A stretch of 20,000 nucleotides of DNA, from NCBI RefSeq assembly GCF_004010195.1, contig NC_057760.1, positions 3,911,622-3,931,621 of the forward strand, read 5' to 3'. Origin of the DNA: Chiloscyllium plagiosum (lineage: Eukaryota). Each line of letters begins with the position of its first letter. The first letter of the stretch is position 1. Shown here in pieces: positions 10,791 to 20,000 of the stretch. Under the pieces are notes generated by a model. That model worked only from the letters and a program-made list of their open reading frames with translations. It had not been told where the DNA came from and searched no databases. A program made the translations under genes and the position numbers.

Positions 10791-11930
10791 TCAGCAATTT
10801 AGGGCGATGATAAGAGTGGAAGATAAGTATTAAAAGACCCACAACATTAGGAGATATAGTTCAAAAGGCCGGTGTTACATGAAGCATGACGTAACTCGAC
10901 TATGAGATCACCTGCACAACAATCTGATCTTGTTAAAGATGCTTGCAAAAGTAACTGATTCAAGGAATGAACTCATATCACAGTCACAGAACTGCAAATG
11001 AGTAAAACATCAAATGGAGAACAAGCAACTCCTACTAACACATCATTTTCGGGAGGGGGGGTCGCGGGAGGAATATCTGGACTTTGGGGAGGGGGCATGG
11101 TGGTGATTGGAAGGTTGAAATGTTGATTGAACTGAGCTATTCACTTTGCAGTTAGAATGCCCTCAGAAGCTTACAAATAAAAGGTGGTAGAATCAGAATT
11201 TATCTCTGTCAACTTCAAACAGTTTCAAACTGAAGATCTGACACTTATCAATAATTACGTTCAAACCTTGAGTTTACTATTTCCCAATTCTTAAGGAATA
11301 ATGTCTGGAAATCATTGGCTGTCTGAGAAGTAATGAATGTAAGACATGCAGTGTTACTCTCCTTACCAGAGAGATCATTGCATTCATTTCTGCAAAGAGT
11401 TGTAACGGGGAAGATAAGCGTTACAACTTATACAACAATAGCGCACCATGCAAAGCCATATTGCCAGCACTAATAAAGAACAGTTCAGAGTCTTTGACTG
11501 ACTCCACACAAAAGAGGGTTTTGAACTAGCATTTACACAGCCTTTGTTTCATCTCAGTTGAAGAATTGGTTGGAACAAATGGTTCCACATACCATGTTGT
11601 CCACGCACCATTAGAGAATAAATTGATAATATCCTCCGAAATTTGTTACAGATAGTACTTATAAGGACAGTTTTCTGAAACTGTTTCAGGTGTGTCCAAA
11701 GACTACAGTACTCAGCTCCTTTCAACAAAGGAAGCACCAAGCAGATGCTCGATGTTTACCTGAAGGACACAGCTCACCTGCACTCAGGAAATTTCCAAGT
11801 TCAATATCCTCTTATTCAAGCAATATCAGATGAAAGTGAAAACTTGGAAGCGTGGCAAATAGTGAGGATGAAATCAACTGAATAGCACCAGTCCAGAATT
11901 AGGTGAGCAGAACGGATGGGTAACTGGGAA

Positions 11931-12270
11931 CCATTCAATAGGATCATGGCTGATCTCATCTCAATTCAACTCCACTTTTCTGCCTGCTCCCCATAATCCT
12001 TCAACTCATTACTAATTAAGAATCTGTTTATCTCCTTCCTAAATTTACTCAATGTCCTAGCATCAACCACACTCTTGGGGAGTGAATTCACAGATTCATG
12101 ACCCTTTGAGAGAAACCATTTCTTCTCATCTGTGTTTGAAGTCTGCCTCCCTTTAGCCGAAAACTATGACCTCTCATTATAGGTTGTCCTGCAAGGGGGA
12201 ACATCCTTTGTGTCGATTTTATCAATCCCCCTTAGCATCTTCTATACCTCATTAGATCTCATCCTTCTAT
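11931..12270 (-). mobile_element. CR1 LINE 3'-end fragment
   Basis: ccattcaataggatcatggctgatct...gtgaattcacagattcatgaccctttgagagaa...cccttagcatcttctatacctcattagatctc is the reverse complement of a CR1 ORF2 C-terminus (DL.EV.KML.G.DK) and 3' UTR. Confidence 0.8.
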
Positions 12271-12763
12271 ATTGAAGAACAAGTATGCACATTTTTCAAT
12301 TTCTTTGCAAGGATATCACTGCTATTTCTGATCATTGTCTCTAGATACTGTTGCTATCTGCTTTGCTATATCTTGTTTGTGCTTTTACTTAGTTCTAGTT
12401 TGTTTTTAGGCACATTCAATGGCCATTATTTTTCTTCCTTAGTTTGTGCTCCAATGGCATTTTTAACCAAGTTGATTTTCTGACTCTTCTGTCATACCTT
12501 GAGTAAGAATCCAATCTTAGCAGCTGATCCACAAAGAGAAATCTGTCCCTTCAAGTCATCAGTCATTTCAGCGATCTTTCCTAAAATCCTGTATGTGCCT
12601 ACGTCTTATTGCCAACTACGTCCTTTCTTCACAAAGCCCCACACCTTTAATCAGCAACATCTTAAAATTAACCCTAAACAAGGAAACAGAAAATCATTTG
12701 CACCAATACCTTCAGCAAACCATGTCGAGAAAAATTCATGTCACATGCCAACAACAACTGAAC

Positions 12764-13304
12764 AACGGAATCCTAGTAGCACATAAACCCACCAACACAC
12801 TCAAACAAAAACTAACAAACTCAAAAAACCCAGTACAATCCATGAACAAAACCAATGTCATCTACAAAATTCCATGCAAGGACTGCCACAAACACTACAT
12901 AGGACAAACAGGAAGAAAGTTAGCCACCAGGATACAGGAACACCAGCTAGCCACAAAAAGACACGACCCTCTCTCCCTCGTAGCCCTACACACGGATGAA
13001 AAAAAACCCACCATTTCGACTGGGACAACACATCTATCCTGGGACAGGCTAAGCAAAGACATGCCAGAGAATTCCTAGAGGCCTGGCACTCCAACCACAC
13101 GCCATAAACAAACACATAGATCTAGATGCCATCTATCAACCCCTCAGAAAATGAACAGGAAATGACATCACCACAAACCCCAGGAACCCCATCCAAGATA
13201 TAAATACAAAGCAGGAGATAACAGCTTCGCTTCACTTGGAGGTCGCCACTGATGATGTTACCTAGCCAGGTAATGAAACGTCTGGATATCAAACCTACAC
13301 CCTA
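12764..13304 (+). mobile_element. Penelope-like retroelement, 5'-truncated (GIY-YIG endonuclease plus terminal repeat)
   Basis: Encodes NVIYKIPCKDCHKHYIGQTGRKLATRIQEH, then after frameshifts HHFDWDNTSILGQAKQRHAREFLEAWHS and AINKHIDLDAIYQPL (VIY/YIG, R, E, N motifs). Exact 11-bp TSD aacaactgaac at 12753-12763 and 13305-13315. Confidence 0.93.
13246..13285 (+). ncRNA. Minimal type I hammerhead ribozyme in the Penelope 3' repeat
   Basis: CCA-CTGATGA(13249-13255)-T-GTTACCT(AGCC)AGGTAAT-GAAA-C-GTC-TGG. Stem II is 7 bp, stem III is the palindrome ACGT, stem I is CCA/TGG, and cleavage is predicted after 13282. Confidence 0.78.
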
Positions 13305-14149
13305 AACAACTGAACTCTAAGGATGACAACTAACTTGCCTGCTTTAGTTGACAAACATGAGGATATTATTTCAAACAGAAAATGTTTATAGTGAATCAGG
13401 GTGTAGAGAACAATCAATATACATGGGGAGAACTACCTGCTTGTCCTGAGCTTTCCTAGCTAGGACAGCACTTTCTGGAGGGCTAGCAACTGCTTGCATG
13501 GATGCTACAAACTTCTCCCATTTCCACTCAGCCTTTGTAATCCTTTTGTAGGCATTTCCACCCCCTTAAAATAAACATCCTCTCGAATTTCTCTTTTACT
13601 ACTTGTCAGCTGTCTGTGTCTGCATTTATGCCACCTTCATCAGCGGAGTTAGACATCTTTCCATTCTCAAAATTCCCACCTCTGCAATTTCTCGAAGTCT
13701 CCAGATGGGACATGCTGTTAATATGCTTGAGTTAATCTGTAACTTTGGAGGTTATCACTGCAGCTTCCTTTATTTTAAGAACAGCACCTTCTCTCTGGCA
13801 GCTGTGGCCCTGTTTCCTCTGGCACTAACTCATAGGCATGGAGAACAGCAGTCTTTACTGCCACAGTCACCTGAGAGCTCCTCTGCAAGATAGGAGTACG
13901 TCTCCACCTCTATCCTCATGATACGCTAAAAGGAATACAGCAGCATTGTTTCAGACAACTGGCATTTATTTTCTAATGACACAAAGTACGTGCTCGCTCT
14001 CTCTCCTCACAAAATTTAGATATCAGACAAATATTATTTGCCAGAGACAAAGAACTATGGGGGTCACACATTATCGATGAAACAGAGACATATCATGCTA
14101 TAGCAAGTCACAGTGAGTTCAACTATGTTGAGTGTCAAGAGTGTAGGGC

Positions 14150-14912
14150 AAGGCTGCACAGTCTTTACTTTAATGCTTGAGTGTAATAGGTAAGACTGAT
14201 GAGTTAATGGCATGGATTAATGGCATGGGTAGAACTTAGGAATGTTAACGGCAGCTACTTTACTGCGAGTGAATTGTAGGCCCCCAAAGAGTCACTGGGG
14301 AGAAAGAGCAGCAAATATGTAGACAGTTCACAGAGGTGTGCAAGAGTAATCTCAGGTCATTATACTGGGGGATTTCAACTTTCCCAATATAAATTGGGAT
14401 AGTTATAATATAAAGGGTTTTGAGGGGACAAATTCCTTAAAACCTGTGCAGCGGAGCAATGTAGGGAGGGGTTTCAAAAAAAGAGCTCAGGAGAGTACAT
14501 GTCCAACTTGTACCCTTTCGAGGAAATTCTAGCAGCGCTAAGTTCAGAGAACCTTGGATATCGAAGACAATTCAGGACTGGATAAAGAGGAAGAGTAGGG
14601 CAGCTGTTTCCCTTGGTTGAGGGGTCAATCACGAGTGGGCATAGTTTAGGGTAAAGGGCAGGAGATTCAGAAGGGACTTGGGAAAAAATATTGCCACTCA
14701 GCAGGTAGTGGGAATCTACAATGTACTGCCTGGAAAGGTAGAGGAGGCCGGAAACAAAGCCTTTAAAAGATATTTGGATACCTCAAATATCATAACAATC
14801 AAGGATATGGGACAAGTGCAGGAAATTAGATTAACATACTTTTAGTAGTTATGTCACTACAGACTCAATGAGCCAAAGGGCCTTTTCTGCAGTGTATGAA
14901 TCTACAAATCTA
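14150..14912 (+). mobile_element. Degenerate, internally deleted CR1 LINE (endonuclease part joined to the 3' end)
   Basis: YFNA..V.GKTDEL.AWI, WVELRN, RPP and VIILGDFNFPNINWDS at about 14160-14450. From about 14600 comes the CR1 C-terminus (LFPLVEGSITSGHSL, WN.LP-like) and the tail ccaaagggccttttctgcagtgtatgaatcta. Confidence 0.8.
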
Positions 14913-15447
14913 TAAATTAATAAATATGTGGAGTGTAATCTTGGTCATCCTCAACTTTGCCATTCAATACATATACTACAAGCTTTTCTAATTCCAACTT
15001 GAACTCCCCCCTTTCTAATCTTCTCCTTTCTCTTTTGAATTCAAGTTTGTTCATTCTCTTTTGAATTATGGCTTTTTTTTCTAATCAAGTGTGGGTGCTT
15101 CCAGTTGAACACTCACAGAAACATTGTTTCCTTCCTCAAGCTTCAAGTGACAACCCAACGTTTGAAGTGTCTTCAGAAAGCTGAAGGTTCAGCATCCTTT
15201 CCAATTTAGGGTTGATTTAAAATTAAGTTCCAAAACCACAGATTCCATCTCAACATTGATGCAAAAAGGAAATGGACAAGTTTGGATCCTGACTAAATTT
15301 TTCACTTTAGGCAGTGCTACAATTTCTTTGGAACACTTGTTAGAGAACAAACATGCACGTGGATACAAAGAACTTCTCCGATTTCTTTTGCAGACTGCCA
15401 TGGGATCACTGACATCTAGAAGAAAGGGCAGATGGCACCTTGTTTTA

Positions 15448-15836
<389 letters not shown>

Positions 15837-15906
15837 CAGTGACAAATTACATCCCATTTCAGACAAACTAACAAGACAGTGCTCCTTACTTTGAAAGAAA
15901 GACAAA

Positions 15907-16232
15907 AGCACGGTGGCACAGTGGTTAGCACTGCTGCCTCGCAGCGCCAGAGACCCGGGTTCAATTCCCGACTCAGGCGACTGACTGTGTGGAGTTTGCA
16001 CGTTCTCCCCGTGTCTGCGTGGGTTTCCTCCGGGGGCTCCGGTTTCCTCCCACAGTCCAAAGATGTGCAAGTCAGGTGAATTGACCATGCTAAATTGCCC
16101 GTAGTATTAGGTAAAGGGGTAAATGTAGGGGTATGGGTGGGTTACGCTTCGGCGGGTCGGTGTGGACTTGTTGGGCCGAAGGGCCTGTTTCCACACTGTA
16201 AGTAATCTAATCTAATCTAATCTAATCTAATC
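15907..16232 (+). mobile_element. HE1-type tRNA-derived SINE, near full length and apparently young
   Basis: A-box TGGCACAGTGG, B-box GGTTCAATTCC, many retained CpGs, and a perfect (TAATC)6 tail at 16203-16232. Confidence 0.95.
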
Positions 16233-16550
16233 ACTAGCACATGAACAGTGCCTTTTGCAATCCTAGGATGTTCCAAATTGCTTTACAGTCAACAAGGTGC
16301 TTTTGAAATGTGGTCAGAGGTAACAGAGCAAACACAAACAGAAAGCCTTCACAGACAACAATGTGGCAATAATCAGATTATTTGCAGTGATGAGAATGGA
16401 GGGATAAATATGAGCTTGCTCGGCAAGGTTACCTCACTCATTTGTCAAATTAGTGCAATGGGAAAGTGGGAACCTGCTTGCTTTCCAAGGTCCTAGCCTG
16501 ATCGACAGTGTAGCATTTCCTCTGTGCTCAATTGAGTGTTAGCCTTAGTT
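16233..16550 (-). mobile_element. Old DeuSINE-like element (SacSINE1/AmnSINE1 superfamily), degenerate
   Basis: gacagtgtagcatttcctctgtgctcaattgagtgttagcctt resembles the reverse complement of the Deu-domain (aggctgacactccagtgcagtactgagggagtgctgcactgtc). ggatgttccaaattgctttacag resembles its L2-type tail. Assigned from recalled consensus. Confidence 0.55.
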
Positions 16551-16552
16551 TT

Positions 16553-16641
16553 ATTATTATTTCATGGGATGTCAGTGATGTTGGTTGGGCCAACATTTGT
16601 TTCCATCCTTACTTGCTCTTGGGAGAGTAACGGTGAGTCAA
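16553..16641 (-). mobile_element. 3' tail of an L2/CR1-like LINE, split by the CR1 insertion (continues at 17862-17922)
   Basis: The reverse complement aaatgttggcccaaccaacatcactgacatcccatgaaataataataaaa matches the tails at 2993-3044 and 18583-18619. Confidence 0.6.
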
Positions 16642-16642
16642 C

Positions 16643-17861
16643 ATAGAGTCATAAAGCATGGAAACAGACCTTCAGTCCAACTAGTCTATGCTGACCATGT
16701 TCCCACTCATCCCACTTGCCTTGCTTGGCCCATAACCCCTTCAAACCTTTCCTATTCATGAACTTATCCAAATGTCTTTTAAACATTATAACTGCACCTG
16801 CCACTTTCTCCGGCAGTTCATTCGACACATGAACCACACTGTACAAAAAAGCTGCCCGTCATATCCTTTTTAAATCTTTCTCTTTTCATCTTAAAAATAT
16901 GCCCCCTCGTTTTGAACTCCTACAGCCTATGGAAAAGATCCTTGTCATTCACCTTATCGTGATTTTATAAACCTCAAGAAAGTCACCCCTCAACCTCATA
17001 CACACCAGTGAAAGAAGTCTCAGCTTTTCCAGTCTATTTTTATATCTCAATCCTCCTATTCCTGGCATCATCCTGGCAAATCTTTTCTGAACCGTCTCCA
17101 CTTTGATAATATCCTTAATATAACAGGGCAACCAGAACTCCACATAACTCTGTACAACCTCAAAATTATGTTGCAATTCCTGTACCAAAGGTCTTAGCAA
17201 TGAGGGCAAGTGTGCTAAATGCCTTAAAATACGCTATCTACACATGATTCAAATTTCAAAGAATTATGTACCTGAACCGCTAAGTCTCTGTTCTACAACA
17301 CTACCCAGGACTCTTCCAGTAACTGTATAAGACATGTCCTTGTTTGTGTTACCAGAATGCAATACCTCACATTTATCCAAACTAAACTCCATCTGCTATT
17401 CGTCAGCCCATTCCTGATGAAGGGGTTATGCTTGAAACGTCAATTCTCCTGCTCCTTGGATGCTGCCTGGCCTCCTGTGCTTTTCCAGCATCACACTTTT
17501 CAAGTCTGATCTCCAGCATCTGCAGTCCTCATTTTTTCCTAGCCCATTGACCCAACTGATCAAGATCTATTTAGAACCTTAGATAACCTTCTTCACTGAC
17601 CACCATACCACCAATTTTGGCGTCATCCACAAATTTATTAACCATGCCTCCTATATTCTCATCCAAATCATTTCTATAAATGACAAAACAAAAGTAGACC
17701 CAGTAACAATCCCTGCAGAACACAGGCCTCCAGTCCAAAAAAAACCTTCAACCACCACCCTCTGTCTCCATAAAACCAATTCTGTATCCAATTGGCAAAC
17801 TCACCGAGTCCCATGTGATCTAACTTAAGTAATTAGTCTACAATGCAGAACCTTGCCAAAG
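16643..17861 (-). mobile_element. CR1 LINE 3' portion (RT C-terminal half plus 3' UTR), degenerate
   Basis: KFVDDAKIGG at about 17608-17636, FWLPCYIKDIIKVETVQKRFARMMPG...RLRGDFLEVYKI (ORF 16949-17209), NELPEKV...FKRHLDKFM, and the tail gaaggtctgtttccatgctttatgactctatg. Confidence 0.92.
17413..17540 (+). mobile_element. Non-autonomous Penelope-type mini-element with decayed hammerhead motif, nested in CR1
   Basis: 8-bp TSD agcccatt at 17405-17412 and 17541-17548 interrupts CR1 sequence. CTGATGA(17414-17420)-A-GGGG(TTAT)GCTT-GAAA-C-GTC, with a weakened stem II. Confidence 0.83.
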
Positions 17862-17922
17862 ACTTGAACTGTTGTAATTCACATGACGTAGGTACATCCA
17901 CAATACGTTTACAAAGGGAATT
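17862..17922 (-). mobile_element. Continuation of the L2/CR1-like LINE fragment interrupted at 16642
   Basis: The reverse complement ...attgtggatgtacctacgtcatgtgaattacaacagttcaag resembles about 18145-18200 on the + strand (actgtgggtctatgtacagcaaatggtggttcaa). Confidence 0.5.
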
Positions 17923-17934
17923 TGACGCTCACCT

Positions 17935-18620
17935 GCAGCAGTATGTACCATTTACAAGATCCATTGCAAAAATTCATGAAAGAGCCTTCGACAGCACCAT
18001 CCAAACCCATGACTACTACCATCCAGAAGGACAAGGGGAGCAGATAGATGGGACCATCACTCCCTACAAGTTCCCCTTTCAGCAATTCAGTATCGTGACT
18101 TGGAAACATATCATTGTTTCTTCACTGTTACTGTAACAAAATCCTGGAACTCCCTCCCTAGTGGCACTGTGGGTCTATGTACAGCAAATGGTGGTTCAAC
18201 ACAGCAGCTCATCACGACCTTTGCCATTACAACAGGGATTGCCAATCAATGGGTGGCACAGTGGTTCAGTGGTTAGCAGTGCTACCTCACAGTGCCCAGG
18301 GACTTGGGTTCGATTTCAGCCTCGGGCAACTGTCTGTGCAAACTCCACACATTCTTCCAATGTCTGAATGGGTTTCCTCCCACAGTCCAAAGATGTGCAG
18401 GTCAGGTGAACTGGCCACGCTAAATTTCCCATCAAGTTCAGGGATGTGTAGGTTAGGTGCACTTGTCAGGGGTAAATGTAAAGAATGGGGAATGCATTTG
18501 CGTGGGATACTGTTTAGAGTGTCAGTGTGGATTTGTTGGGCCAAAGGGCCTATTTTCACATTGCAGGGATTCTATATTCAAAAAATGCTGGTCCAGCCAA
18601 TGACGTCCACGTTCCATGAG
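17935..18620 (+). mobile_element. L2/CR1-like LINE 3' end, interrupted by an HE1 SINE
   Basis: gcagtatgtaccatttacaagat...ccttcgacagcaccatccaaaccc...aaaatcctggaactccctccct (WNSLP motif). The tail resumes after the SINE at 18583-18619. Confidence 0.72.
18253..18574 (+). mobile_element. HE1-type SINE, older copy
   Basis: gtggttcagtggttagcagtgctacctcacag, B-box GGTTCGATTTC, core gggtttcctcccacagtccaaagatgtgcaggtcagg, and a 3' end ggccaaagggcctattttcacattg. Confidence 0.88.
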
Positions 18621-18904
18621 CTGGTTTGGGATGAGTTTTGTTTTATAATGATCTTTTAAGCACTTTAGGATGCTTGACTATGTTAAAAATTCAGTATAAA
18701 TACAACTGCTGGTGAATAGAAGGTCCAGCTACACCATCATCTCAGAGTTCAAATATTTGAACATCTGCCCAGGAAGTGCTGCTGAATACATTGTTCATAA
18801 TTCCATCTGTTCTCAATGACCAGACTAAATCTACCTTCAGAGGTATCAGAAACCATTTTAAAGTTCTGAGAGAATGAGTTTGGCTAAAATTCACAAAGAA
18901 AGGA

Positions 18905-19200
18905 AAACACCTTGCATTTATAAATTTATAATGAGAAACCAAAGAATTAAAATCTTCTCATAAAATGAAAAATTGGATACTGAGATGAAGGATAAAGGTC
19001 AAAAGTTTGGATAAAGAACTGGAGAGTGTTCCACAACAGAGGAACATGGGCTACAAGCAGTGCCATAAAGGGTTAATGGGAAGAAGAATGGGAATCAGAA
19101 TCAGAGGCATAGAGTTCTGAGGATGGGTGGTAGGGAGAAGTTTGGGTTGCAGAGATTGGAAAACTTGAGGATGAGGTATTAGGAATCGGGATGCAAAGCA
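18905..19200 (-). mobile_element. Very old L2 LINE 3'-end remnant
   Basis: accttgcatttata, ggtcaaaagtttggataaaga and purine-rich sequence resemble antisense L2 3' ends. Highly diverged; boundaries uncertain. Confidence 0.35.
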
Positions 19201-19416
19201 AGCCTGCAAGAATTGGCTGATTAATAAGCAGGATGGGATGCAGGAAGCAGAGGTCTGCATAAATAAAAATATAATGGAATTTATGATGGATCTTTGTAAT
19301 TAAATACCTGAAAGACAATATTTCAATTTGCTGTAGAGTATTTATCGATAAAAACTTAAACAATAAGTTAAAGATGCATCACAGCTACCATATACAGAAA
19401 AACCGGGGACAACTCA

Positions 19417-19734
<318 letters not shown>

Positions 19735-19835
19735 TTAAATACAAAATGCATTACATACACTTGCAAATATATGTGCATATTGGTTGGTAAATTCTACGCT
19801 ATTTCACCAAATTCTGTCATATCCTGCTACAAGGA

Positions 19836-20000
19836 GCATTCTGGGAAAGGTGGGACCTGTACAAGCAGGACGGGTTGCACCTGAACCAGAAGGGCACCAA
19901 TATCTTGGGAGGTAGGTTTGCTAGCACTCTTCGGGGGGGTTTAAACTAATTTGGCAGGGGGAGGGGATCCGGACTTGTAGTCCAGCAAGTAGGCTAGCTG
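19836..20000 (+). mobile_element. CR1 LINE starting within the ORF1 esterase (SGNH) C-terminus; continues beyond the window
   Basis: 19839-19949 encodes FWERWDLYKQDGLHLNQKGTNILGGRFASTLRGGLN*, with the DxxH (DGLH) motif of CR1 ORF1p esterase domains. Confidence 0.85.

Noticed and set aside
12498..12580. Possible 83-nt cryptic exon on the gene strand (ttttag|GA...AAG|gtatga), open in the incoming frame
   Set aside because: The polypyrimidine tract is weak, the peptide has no SMAD similarity, inclusion would frameshift the last exon, and such AG/GT pairs are common by chance.
13871..13925. Possible 55-nt cryptic exon (ctgtattccttttag|CG...CAG|gtgact)
   Set aside because: The donor is mediocre, the exon would shift the frame, and there is no homology or transcript support.

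Overview
Vertebrate genomic DNA, very probably a shark or ray (four HE1-type SINEs plus CR1 LINEs with matching tails). The only host gene is on the minus strand: the last three coding exons (19696-19528, 15666-15528, 10771-10560) of a Co-SMAD MH2 domain. Their lengths (169/139/212 nt) and phases match the last three coding exons of human SMAD4 as I recall them, but the substitutions and C-terminus (DPGSVN*) point to the paralogue smad10/Smad4-beta. A long, repeat-poor 3' UTR probably follows. The rest is nested retroelement debris: CR1, L2-like LINEs, HE1 and other SINEs, and a Penelope GIY-YIG fragment. The most striking observation is five Penelope-type insertions, each bounded by an exact 8-15 bp target-site duplication. 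Four carry a minimal type I hammerhead ribozyme core (CUGANGA-stem II-GAAA-YGUH) and three have inverted segments. One lies sense-oriented about 0.7 kb past the smad stop codon, and another sits at the branch-point region of a smad exon. Repeat family names come from recalled consensus sequences, not from a database search.
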